Below, piece by piece: positions 35,200-43,450 of a stretch of DNA of 44,017 nt (positions are counted from its first letter, which is position 1; every line of letters begins with the position of its first letter). Where the stretch lies: UHGV virus genome UHGV-1381044; one strand, 5' to 3'. The DNA comes from a virus. The notes beneath the pieces were generated by a model, which saw only the letters and a program-made list of their open reading frames with translations, did not search any database and was not told the DNA's origin. The translations under genes were made by a program, and so were the position numbers.

Positions 35200-35940
35200 T
35201 CATTTTTCTAAACTCAAATAACACATAATCCCGCAATCCGGGAATATCTCTGTGTTCATGTTTCCACGGCTCGGATCTAGTTCATCGAGATACAACGGCT
35301 TCCCATTGCTGTCTTTCAATATTGCATATCCGACCTGCCGTTCAAGCTTCGCACGCTTCTCAAACACCTCTGGAAAATCCTTACGTATTCGGTTCCAATA
35401 ACCCATGCCGCCTTTTGTGCAGCCTATACAATTGTTGTTAGGATATCCCATGTCATACATTTCCGGTCGCCGAAAGGAAAAGATTCTTTCAAACAATCCA
35501 TGAACCTCTTCCTTGGACAGTCCGCGATCAATCAGCGGGAATTCATGTTCAGCCTGCGGATTAGCTTCAATGGTTCGCTCTGCTCTGGCTGTTTCTTCCG
35601 AATCAAATCCCCAAACATAGGTAAGATCATATTCTTTATGTTCTAATTCCCATTCTTTTCGGACCCGTTTCTTCATCCAGTTTGTGCATGGAGCGAAACC
35701 ATTGGAAGCCCGAAACCCGCCAAATGCCCTTACGCATTCTTCTACACTTCGATATTCTTTTGACTGTAAAATCTGTATCTTCTGTCCGATTGCCGCCTCA
35801 CAATCCTTGATAAATCTCATGCTATCAGGGTGCTGGTCATTGATATCTATGTAAATCCATTCATCAACATCTCCTGCAATATAACCTGCCATAAAACTGC
35901 TTATTCCTGCACTGATCCAGCACACTTTCTTTTTTGTCAT
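35200..35940 (-). CDS. PAPS-reductase-family / PP-loop ATP-pyrophosphatase-like protein of 246 aa.
   Basis: N-terminal PP-loop-like motif VCWISAGISS plus a C-terminal Cys cluster NNNCIGCTKGGMGYW. Confidence 0.5.
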   Translation of the reverse strand: MTKKKVCWISAGISSFMAGYIAGDVDEWIYIDINDQHPDSMRFIKDCEAAIGQKIQILQSKEYRSVEECVRAFGGFRASNGFAPCTNWMKKRVRKEWELEHKEYDLTYVWGFDSEETARAERTIEANPQAEHEFPLIDRGLSKEEVHGLFERIFSFRRPEMYDMGYPNNNCIGCTKGGMGYWNRIRKDFPEVFEKRAKLERQVGYAILKDSNGKPLYLDELDPSRGNMNTEIFPDCGIMCYLSLEK

Positions 35941-35981
35941 AACACCACTCTTTTAATCTTTAAATTCATTAAATCGGCTCC

Positions 35982-37019
35982 TTAAATCTGTACCATTTCT
36001 CGGACATTTCTTAACGTCTTCGGTGTAGACTGCGCATAATACATGCTTGTTACTGCCGGGCTTGCATGTCCAAGGATTTCCTGAATGATACCAATATCAA
36101 CCTTTCTGTTCTTCAAATTCATGCCAAGTGTTTTTCTCATTTTATGAGGATATACAGCGCTTTTCACCGCTGCCCGCGCTCCGATGTCCTTAATGATTTT
36201 TCGGAATCCGCTCACACTCATTTTCCCGTGAGGCGCTTTCGACTGCGGGAACATATACGGGCTGTTGTCTGTTCTGCTCTCCAAATATTCGTTGTAGTAA
36301 TGCCGCGCATCATCGTCCAGATATAACGTGCGGTATCTGCCGCCCTTTTCTCCTTTAATGAGGATATCTCCCGTTTCTGTGTTGATCTGGTCAATCCTGA
36401 TCTCTGCGATTTCTCCGACCCGCGCCCCGGTGCTGCGGAATACTTCAATGATTGCACGCTCTCTTTTAGTGCGGCATGCATCCCGCATCTGGATAATCTC
36501 CGACCGGCTAAAGTAATCAATAGGCTTTAGCGCAATCTTTTTCGCTTCTGTTGCTTCCACCGGATTTTCATCAATAAGTTTTGATTTTCGCATCCATGTG
36601 TAAAAAGCCGAAAGGAATCTGCGTTCGTTATTATATGTGCTGTCCTGCACCTTTTCGCTTTTTGTACCTGGGCGTTTCTCGTACTGTGCTATATACCATT
36701 CCACGTCAAATGTATCTACACTGTCCAACGACTTTCCTACCATATTAGATAACCTTTTTACAGATCGTATATACCCGTTGATTGTCGCAGGACTGAGCCC
36801 GCGCTTCTTGATCTTGAAAAGCTCCAGTAAATAGCGGTTTCTCTTTTCTATGTCGTTCTTCCACTCTGCTGGAAGGGATGTGATTTCCTGCACATTTACC
36901 TTTGTAAGCTCACTCGATACTACACTATCCAGGATAGCAAGTGTGTCCGAATCAGAAATGTAAATCGACATTGCAACAATAATGTTATCAACAATTCCTC
37001 TTTTGATATTCTGGCCCAT
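35982..37019 (-). CDS. Second tyrosine recombinase (XerC/D / phage-integrase family), 345 aa. The ORF track extends it to 37115.
   Basis: RBS GGGAGGA precedes ATG 37019. Catalytic residues are present in ...RVGEIAEIRIDQI...HKMRKT...GHASPAVTSMYYAQ. Confidence 0.8.
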   Translation of the reverse strand: MGQNIKRGIVDNIIVAMSIYISDSDTLAILDSVVSSELTKVNVQEITSLPAEWKNDIEKRNRYLLELFKIKKRGLSPATINGYIRSVKRLSNMVGKSLDSVDTFDVEWYIAQYEKRPGTKSEKVQDSTYNNERRFLSAFYTWMRKSKLIDENPVEATEAKKIALKPIDYFSRSEIIQMRDACRTKRERAIIEVFRSTGARVGEIAEIRIDQINTETGDILIKGEKGGRYRTLYLDDDARHYYNEYLESRTDNSPYMFPQSKAPHGKMSVSGFRKIIKDIGARAAVKSAVYPHKMRKTLGMNLKNRKVDIGIIQEILGHASPAVTSMYYAQSTPKTLRNVREMVQI

Positions 37020-37145
37020 AGTAATCCTCCCTCTTGCAGAATCTGCAAAGGTCTGATACAATGGACCTAAGCAGATCAGGTAAGTGGCGGTAACATCTTG
37101 GCGGGTGTCCACCACTTATTTTTTTGTGTCATTGTCTAACTCCCT

Positions 37146-37460
37146 TTATCCGTGTTTATACTTCCAAAAACCAAACAGCTTAAGCCGGTGGTAAAATTCT
37201 GCTTTCACTTTCCGCCGATATCCGTAAAAATCATCTGCTTTTGCTGGGATATCTCTTCCCCTGCGGATCAGCGTATAGTATCCATCGCCTGTCACCAAGC
37301 TGTCATAAGTCTGGATCTCAAGGCCTGGTGCTTTTGATATTGCACAACCAAACAGTATGATTTTTATCTCAGGATCCGGGCTCCTACAGTACAGATCAAG
37401 TTGTGATTCATCCTCTTTTGGCACGTTATAGTCAGATAACTTAGCCTCTCTCGTTCTCAT
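37146..37460 (-). CDS. Hypothetical early protein of 104 aa.
   Basis: ORF. Confidence 0.4.
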   Translation of the reverse strand: MRTREAKLSDYNVPKEDESQLDLYCRSPDPEIKIILFGCAISKAPGLEIQTYDSLVTGDGYYTLIRRGRDIPAKADDFYGYRRKVKAEFYHRLKLFGFWKYKHG

Positions 37461-37778
37461 TTAAGCTTCCTCTTCTTTTTTTGCCGTCAGATATATTGCA
37501 GACAGATCATAACCGCTCCGTTTGATCCGGTTTACAATCGCACCCCAATCTTTCAGCAGCTTACCTTTTACCTTGTTTTCAACTGATGTTACTTCTTTTT
37601 TAGTTGCAAGTTTTGGGCACCCTACGCAGATTTTATAATATCCTCCTCTTGCCTTCCTCTGCCCGTCACACCAGCCTTTCCCGTTGTCGTAGTAGCATGA
37701 CGTTCTTTTTCCCTTTCCGTAGCTATCCGGCGCATAGCTGCTATAACGTACTCCATGCCTGGGTTTATCTTTTTCCAC
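37461..37778 (-). CDS. Hypothetical Cys/Tyr/Gly-rich early protein of 105 aa.
   Basis: ORF. Confidence 0.4.
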   Translation of the reverse strand: MEKDKPRHGVRYSSYAPDSYGKGKRTSCYYDNGKGWCDGQRKARGGYYKICVGCPKLATKKEVTSVENKVKGKLLKDWGAIVNRIKRSGYDLSAIYLTAKKEEEA

Positions 37779-37800
37779 ATGGCTGTTTCTCCGCTAAATT

Positions 37801-38205
37801 TCAGTTTAGAAGTTCTTTTATTTTCTTTTCGACCGCTCCCTGCACCTTAGCATTTAAGGCTTCTTCGCACCGCTCTCTCACCTTATAATAAGACATATAA
37901 TCGTCCATCTTCTCAGCAACAGACGTTTCAACGATTTCTTTAATATCCAAATCCTTCACGGCCTGTTCGATAGCGGAATACACAGCACTTTTCACAATAT
38001 TTTTAAGCTTCCTTTTGTAATCCCATGATCCATTATCAAACAATCTCTCTACTTCTTGCTGCACCTCATTGTCAATATCTTCGTTGCGGGCATTTCTAAC
38101 AGCTTCCCTGACCTTTGCTCTGATAGCTTTGGTTACTTCCTCGTCAAAAATCTCGTTTTCCGATAAATCAATTTCCAATGTTAATCTTTTCATGATTTCC
38201 TCCAA
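37801..38205 (-). CDS. Hypothetical acidic coiled-coil protein of 134 aa.
   Basis: ORF. Confidence 0.4.
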   Translation of the reverse strand: MEEIMKRLTLEIDLSENEIFDEEVTKAIRAKVREAVRNARNEDIDNEVQQEVERLFDNGSWDYKRKLKNIVKSAVYSAIEQAVKDLDIKEIVETSVAEKMDDYMSYYKVRERCEEALNAKVQGAVEKKIKELLN

Positions 38206-38218
38206 ATCTTAATTTTCT

Positions 38219-38422
38219 TTATTCTCCATAAACAATCTTCCTCGCAATCTCATACAAATACGGGTAATCATGAGGGTTGAAATTAAACCCATACAGCTGA
38301 AAAAATGCGTCATTGCTCATTCTGAACCATAAAACAGCCCATTCAATTAAGCTTTTCCCTTTATATCTGCACACTGCGTACCTTTCTTCCGCTTTACTAC
38401 GTGCTAAACTTCGTACTTCCAT
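38219..38422 (-). CDS. Hypothetical protein of 67 aa.
   Basis: ORF. Confidence 0.35.
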   Translation of the reverse strand: MEVRSLARSKAEERYAVCRYKGKSLIEWAVLWFRMSNDAFFQLYGFNFNPHDYPYLYEIARKIVYGE

Positions 38423-38524
38423 AATGTCCTCCGATTTTATACATATTCAAACTCCCACCTGACCCCCTTCAGGCACCAGTTACCCAGGTCAGCCTTTTCT
38501 GTTAATCTTTGCATTTTGTCTCCT

Positions 38525-39046
38525 TTATCTTTTCCCATATTCGCGGATCAACTGTGCTGCCTTCTTATGACCTTTTTCTTCCAGAAAGTCGATGACATAA
38601 TCAATATCACACAGCTGCCCCCGCTTTTTCTGGTTCAGACCGATAACATCATCGATACTGTCCCAGTCAAACTCAATACCATATTTATCTTTCAGGACTT
38701 CTGCGTAGTCTCTGGCCGTTTCATAGTTGCATCCAAACGGATCTACAGCGTCCATCATGTCACACAGGCCGGTGAATGCATCTTTCCACCTTAAAAGCCG
38801 GTCTTTCCCAAACCCAAACGCCTGATTAAGTGAAAACATCACCGTTGGTGTAAATGTTGCCAGAATCCTGTGTGCCAGCATTTCGCTGATCTCTGTAGCT
38901 TTTCTCCTGGATATCTCCATAGGAATAAAGTAAGCATTTCTGACTTTCAGTTCTGTTTTCAATGCCTCTACCCCACCTTTTTCTACGATTTCCAGGGCGT
39001 ATGCTAAACCATCCATCCTAGCTCTGTAAAATTTGTCTGTTTTCAT
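38525..39046 (-). CDS. Hypothetical protein of 173 aa.
   Basis: ORF. Confidence 0.45.
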   Translation of the reverse strand: MKTDKFYRARMDGLAYALEIVEKGGVEALKTELKVRNAYFIPMEISRRKATEISEMLAHRILATFTPTVMFSLNQAFGFGKDRLLRWKDAFTGLCDMMDAVDPFGCNYETARDYAEVLKDKYGIEFDWDSIDDVIGLNQKKRGQLCDIDYVIDFLEEKGHKKAAQLIREYGKR

Positions 39047-39181
39047 TTTTCTTCTCCTCTTGGTATTTCCTTGTGATCCCTCCTTTTGGGCCGGGATTTT
39101 GGAGGACTGTGATAGGTTCCCGGCCCAGGTTACTGGTCAGAGTGTATATCGTGACATATAAACCGACCACAAGTTTTTTAT

Positions 39182-39403
39182 CTATGTATCATCCCCGTTT
39201 GGGATCGGGGTGGATACCTTTTTTATAGCTTTACGCGTCCGCCTGTTTGGATCCGGGCATAAAGCCGTGCCGTCATATGCTGGCCTCCTAAAGCTCTCGC
39301 TCATAGGAGATGGGTATTTTTCTAAATCGGCCAGCTCAGCCATTTTCTTTTTTACACTTTTTTCATGGTATGTAACTTTATCCTTGTGACTTATCATTAT
39401 CAA
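39182..39403 (-). CDS. Hypothetical protein of 73 aa.
   Basis: ORF. Confidence 0.35.
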   Translation of the reverse strand: MIMISHKDKVTYHEKSVKKKMAELADLEKYPSPMSESFRRPAYDGTALCPDPNRRTRKAIKKVSTPIPNGDDT

Positions 39404-39977
39404 TCCACTCTTTTACTTTATCCTGCATTATGCTGTTATAGTCTGTATCGCGCTGATCATAGTTAAAAAAGGCATTTTGTTTTTTAGGCTGACTTTTCCC
39501 AGCCTTTGCCGATTTGTCTTGCTCCCTTGCAAACCAGCTGTTCAAAAAACGCATTGCACCTTTTCGTGTTTTTCGGCGTGTAGGGTTCGAATCACACCAC
39601 CCGATGACTTCGTTAAGTTCCTGCTTACAATCAACGCCCGGGTACAACTTTTGCATCTTATCAAGTACAGTTTCTGTTACTTCGTATAACGTTCCATCAT
39701 TAAGCTTAAATGCTCCAGCCACAGGCCCCTTTTCTTCTTCCGGAATGTCTTCCGCTGGGCGTCCGCCTTTTGCTCCATTTACCTTGCGCTTAACGTTTGC
39801 GTCGATCTGTGGCTTTGCCATGTCAAAAATAGACATATACAACTCGCCGTCGTCTTCCGGCTCTACTCCATCCAGACCATAATTGATAATCGCCCACAGT
39901 GCCTTAAGCTGCTGATCGTCCGGCAAACGCTGGATAGCTTTGGCGAAACTGTAGTAAAAAATCAAGCTATCTCTCAT
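39378..39977 (-). CDS. Putative replication-associated protein (replisome-organiser-like?).
   Basis: 199 aa with a basic C-terminal region NEVIGWCDSNPTRRKTRKGAMRFLNSWFAREQ. It lies in the replication/recombination block. Confidence 0.35.
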   Translation of the reverse strand: MRDSLIFYYSFAKAIQRLPDDQQLKALWAIINYGLDGVEPEDDGELYMSIFDMAKPQIDANVKRKVNGAKGGRPAEDIPEEEKGPVAGAFKLNDGTLYEVTETVLDKMQKLYPGVDCKQELNEVIGWCDSNPTRRKTRKGAMRFLNSWFAREQDKSAKAGKSQPKKQNAFFNYDQRDTDYNSIMQDKVKEWIDNDKSQG

Positions 39978-40335
39978 TTCGCCCAGCCTCCCACTCCCGG
40001 TAAATTTCTATCCAGTCGGAAAGCCGCATGGTCACAAGCCATTCGCAGCGATCTCGCCTGTGGAATACCGCCGGAAGGAGACCGGGAAGTGCATCATGCA
40101 CTGCCTGTGCTACTGCATCCAGAAGATTAAGTTTCTCAACCCTCTTGCACTCAACGTGGATACCCGGAAGCCCGATCACATCAGCATTACCAGCTGCGCC
40201 ACAATACTGCTGCCCTCTTCTGGCATCGTATCCGTACTCCCGGAACACTCCGGCGAGCTCCCTCTCTCCGCGTTTCCCTTTTTCTCTCTGTGTCTTACCC
40301 ATCACAACAACCTCCAAACAATGATAGCTGTTCAT
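39967..40335 (-). CDS. Hjc/RecU-like PD-(D/E)XK Holliday-junction resolvase candidate.
   Basis: Motif GKRGERELAGVFREYGYDARRG...GNADVIGLPGIHVECKRVEK. Confidence 0.5.
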   Translation of the reverse strand: MNSYHCLEVVVMGKTQREKGKRGERELAGVFREYGYDARRGQQYCGAAGNADVIGLPGIHVECKRVEKLNLLDAVAQAVHDALPGLLPAVFHRRDRCEWLVTMRLSDWIEIYREWEAGRNER

Positions 40336-40669
40336 ATTTCTCTTTATCAGGTGGCTTCATGTTCCTCGCGAAACGCTTAGCACCTCTTTCTGCCGTCTTT
40401 ATGCTTCTGCATCTTCTATCCTGCGTTTCAATCCATCGAATCGCTTCCCGCCGTCCCTGTGTATCTGTACGGGGGATATAATATCCCATCCCGTTGTCTG
40501 CTGTGAGAATTGGGCGATCATACCGCAGTATCTCAATCGCTTTCCGTACCGCCCTGTCTGGTAATCCAGTTACCCGGCATAATTCCCTGCGGCTTGTGGC
40601 GTTTTCCTTACCTACACCAATCGCATTATATACAGTTGCTGTTGCAGCAGATGTTAATCTAAAATCCAT
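40295..40669 (-). CDS. Winged-helix DNA-binding protein of 124 aa. The ORF track extends it to 40699.
   Basis: RBS AAAGGA precedes ATG 40669. wHTH-like sequence SRRELCRVTGLPDRAVRKAIEILR. Confidence 0.45.
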   Translation of the reverse strand: MDFRLTSAATATVYNAIGVGKENATSRRELCRVTGLPDRAVRKAIEILRYDRPILTADNGMGYYIPRTDTQGRREAIRWIETQDRRCRSIKTAERGAKRFARNMKPPDKEKYEQLSLFGGCCDG

Positions 40670-40695
40670 AGTTTTCCTTTCTGCTTGCCTGCATG

Positions 40696-41004
40696 TCATA
40701 AATATGATTTGCCAAACTCTCTCCGGAAGTCTTCACGGCTCCCGTAGTGAGTCTCATAATACTTCTGTGCCTTACATTTTAGGCTCTCATCAAACCGCTG
40801 GTCCATGTGGACGCTGTACGGTGTCATATTGTGCCAGTCCGGCCGGAGTGGCACCAGAAACCCATATTTCTCTGACAGCTTCCGGTTTGCCCCGTTAAAC
40901 ACATGATGGATCGCCACGTTACAGGATCCGGTGACAATGCAATGCTCCAGATCATCCGTCAAAACACTATACAGTCTTTTCATGCTTCCCGCGGTTCTGT
41001 TCAT
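40696..41004 (-). CDS. Small HNH-like nuclease motif protein of 102 aa.
   Basis: Motif CIVTGSCNVAIHHVFNGANRKLSEKYGFLVPLRPDWHN. Confidence 0.35.
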   Translation of the reverse strand: MNRTAGSMKRLYSVLTDDLEHCIVTGSCNVAIHHVFNGANRKLSEKYGFLVPLRPDWHNMTPYSVHMDQRFDESLKCKAQKYYETHYGSREDFRREFGKSYL

Positions 41005-41548
41005 AGAGCTGCTTCATTCGCTCCAGCTCCTCTGGTGTGGCGGTCTCGATTCCAAGCGTCTTGCACTCGCTGATCAGACCGTCCAGCAGGTGCGACATTT
41101 CCGCGCTGTCATAGCAGCTGGAACCTTTGAGAAGGATGTATGTACGGTAATTAATTCCGTTTTTCCCTTCCCTCACTTCCGATGTTGGCTTGATATGGAA
41201 CATTTCCCTTTCCAGCTCTCTATTTTCAGCTTCTTCCGTATCCGGTATGACTGCATATGTTGGTGATCCGTCCGATAAATCAATCTGTCCATACTCCCGG
41301 AGCATAATGTTATGCGCTCTCGGTTTTGATATCTTGATGGACTCGGCCAGCTTTGAAAGAAGCACCCAGTAATAAGCATTGCTGTCAAGACTGCGTTTGT
41401 CTCTCCACTGCTTTGCAGTCAGCCGGAGTGTTTTATCTCGCATACCGTCAATCTGGCCGGATATATCATCCTCCGCCTCAAAGGTCACCCGGAATTTTCC
41501 AGTTGTCCAGTCCCTGGTAACATCAGTTAATGTGCATTTACACTCCAT
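40967..41548 (-). CDS. Hypothetical protein of 193 aa. The ORF track extends it to 41665.
   Basis: RBS GAGGT precedes ATG 41548. It lies downstream of ERF. Confidence 0.45.
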   Translation of the reverse strand: MECKCTLTDVTRDWTTGKFRVTFEAEDDISGQIDGMRDKTLRLTAKQWRDKRSLDSNAYYWVLLSKLAESIKISKPRAHNIMLREYGQIDLSDGSPTYAVIPDTEEAENRELEREMFHIKPTSEVREGKNGINYRTYILLKGSSCYDSAEMSHLLDGLISECKTLGIETATPEELERMKQLYEQNRGKHEKTV

Positions 41549-41555
41549 AGCTACC

Positions 41556-42206
41556 TCAATTCTGTTGGATATCATCCGGCTTATCCGGTGCTTTCGGCGC
41601 AGGCTTGTCCGGCTTCTTATTGAGGATTTCCATTGCTTTCTTCCAATCCTCAAGGTTGAGATCATGCACGTCAGTCACATTGTATGTCTGTAAAATCCCT
41701 TTGATACCGACCCCAGTCCGCTGAAGTTCGGCAAACAGTGCATTGACGTATCCCGCTTCAAGCACTGGCTTACTCGGAGGCGGTGTCTCTGCGTCTGGGT
41801 CTTTCATTTCTTCTGTCGGGATGCAAAAAACCTGGAAGCAAGCATATTTAAATGCGATTGACATAGCCTTGTTTGTTGCTTTATCCCCGCTGTCCATTCC
41901 TTCACCGATCACCGTTGCAGATACGGAAGATCCATCTTCTGCATAAAAAGTATATTTCACAGTACAAATGGAGTAGATCAGGTTTCCACCCTTTGCTGTA
42001 TGACGCTCTTCACGTTTCTGTTCCATAATCTCCGGTACAACAAATAATTTGTGTTTAATCAGTGCCGGATTGATCGCGTTCATGACTGCATCGATGCCGC
42101 GGTACATGAATCGCTGCTGCTCATTTCGACTATCCTTGCCAACCGCTCCGATCTCAGCCATTACGGCTGTAATCGTCTCATAAATGTTTTTCTTCTTCTC
42201 ATCCAT
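41556..42206 (-). CDS. ERF-family single-strand annealing recombinase.
   Basis: The N-terminal region ETITAVMAEIGAVGKDSRNEQQRFMYRGIDAVMNAINPALIKHKLFVVPE and ...FKYACFQVFCIPTEE match the ERF superfamily. Confidence 0.65.
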   Translation of the reverse strand: MDEKKKNIYETITAVMAEIGAVGKDSRNEQQRFMYRGIDAVMNAINPALIKHKLFVVPEIMEQKREERHTAKGGNLIYSICTVKYTFYAEDGSSVSATVIGEGMDSGDKATNKAMSIAFKYACFQVFCIPTEEMKDPDAETPPPSKPVLEAGYVNALFAELQRTGVGIKGILQTYNVTDVHDLNLEDWKKAMEILNKKPDKPAPKAPDKPDDIQQN

Positions 42207-42234
42207 GCTCTCACCTACTTAATCCTACTTAATC

Positions 42235-42726
42235 CTACTTAATCTGGAGATTCTGCCTTGCGATCAGCCGTGCCCCTTCGATTTCTGTACCACTTTTTAA
42301 AAGTTTCTTAAGTGCTGTCTTATCCACTACCGGATCAGCAATCTTGATACAGGATTGCGGCAAGGCGTTGACATCACCAACAAATTCAACAGCTTCTGAC
42401 TTTCTCCATGATGCTGATACGCGCTCTGTCTGGAACTTCTGCCCATTCAGCACCCCACTGACATACTTTTTAAGGCTTTCGGCTTTCGCTTCCGCTCTTG
42501 CTTGTCGATCTGCAAAGGTCATTTTTTCTTTTTTCAGTGCCTCTGCATCCGACTGCAAATTTTTAATCCATAAAAGGATATTTTCTATTTTCTCATTAAG
42601 ATCGCACTGTAAGCTATCAATGGCCGCATACGCTTCTGTATCAACAATCTCTCCTGTCTCTGGATCTAAGGCATTTTCAAACGCATTCATAATTTCCGCG
42701 TTGATCTGGTATAAATTCACGTTCAC
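42235..42726 (-). CDS. Siphovirus Gp157-family protein.
   Basis: 163 aa, coiled-coil. It has the typical partner position next to an ERF/Sak recombinase. Confidence 0.55.
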   Translation of the reverse strand: MNVNLYQINAEIMNAFENALDPETGEIVDTEAYAAIDSLQCDLNEKIENILLWIKNLQSDAEALKKEKMTFADRQARAEAKAESLKKYVSGVLNGQKFQTERVSASWRKSEAVEFVGDVNALPQSCIKIADPVVDKTALKKLLKSGTEIEGARLIARQNLQIK

Positions 42727-42806
42727 ATTCCTCCATTACGTTCTGCCTGTTTTTTCTTTGTTTTGCCCTATCTCTGCATTTACAGCACTCGTCTGCTTCG
42801 CAGCTA

Positions 42807-42980
42807 TCACACCGGCTGTTCATTTTCTTCACCATCAAGCAAAGCAATCATCACATCATCATCTACTATAGTCCCCGATTTGGCTTTTAAATATGCCAGC
42901 GTTGCACTTACTCGTCCTTTTAATAAGACCAGCTCTGCAAACTCCTCATACGGGATTTCAATCATTTTTTTCTCTTCCAT
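42807..42980 (-). CDS. Small acidic hypothetical protein of 57 aa. It is not in the ORF track.
   Basis: A weak RBS (GGAGAAATG) precedes ATG 42980. The protein is MEEKKMIEIPYEEFAELVLLKGRVSATLAYLKAKSGTIVDDDVMIALLDGEENEQPV. Confidence 0.3.
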   Translation of the reverse strand: MEEKKMIEIPYEEFAELVLLKGRVSATLAYLKAKSGTIVDDDVMIALLDGEENEQPV

Positions 42981-43149
42981 CTTGCATTTCTCCTACACAC
43001 CTGCTAAACTGTAATTGTAATTTTTTTGTTAAATGGTCGTTCAGTTCCGTCAAGCTTGCGGCCTTTTTCTTTGGTTTGGCATATCCAGTGTATTTACTGC
43101 CTCCGCATAATTCAGCGGCCCTGTTTGTACCGTTTGCCCTTCTACTCAT
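42958..43149 (-). CDS. Small basic protein of 63 aa.
   Basis: Strong RBS AGGAGG precedes ATG 43149. Confidence 0.45.
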   Translation of the reverse strand: MSRRANGTNRAAELCGGSKYTGYAKPKKKAASLTELNDHLTKKLQLQFSRCVGEMQDGREKND

Positions 43150-43161
43150 GCTTTCCTCCTT

Positions 43162-43389
43162 TTAGATTGCATGTACTCTCATAAATGCAACAAACAGTAA
43201 GATCATCAATCCAAAACTTGCACATCCGACAACAAACACGGTTGTCAAAATGTCAAATGCCATACCAAGCAGATCAAGCACCTTAGAAAACTTTTTTTCC
43301 TGTCTTGGAGCCTCTTCTTTTTCGCTTCTTACTGCCACATAACTAGGCATCTTGCCCTCATTCTCACTGACAAACGTAAGTCTTGCCAT
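43162..43389 (-). CDS. Small membrane protein of 75 aa, the first gene after the repeat-protein gene.
   Basis: RBS AAGGGGG precedes ATG 43389. It has a C-terminal TM helix. Confidence 0.5.
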   Translation of the reverse strand: MARLTFVSENEGKMPSYVAVRSEKEEAPRQEKKFSKVLDLLGMAFDILTTVFVVGCASFGLMILLFVAFMRVHAI

Positions 43390-43450
43390 TTTTCTTTACC
43401 CCCTTATAGGCCACAGCAAGTTAGATACAAACCTCTTTTGGTTCTTCATT

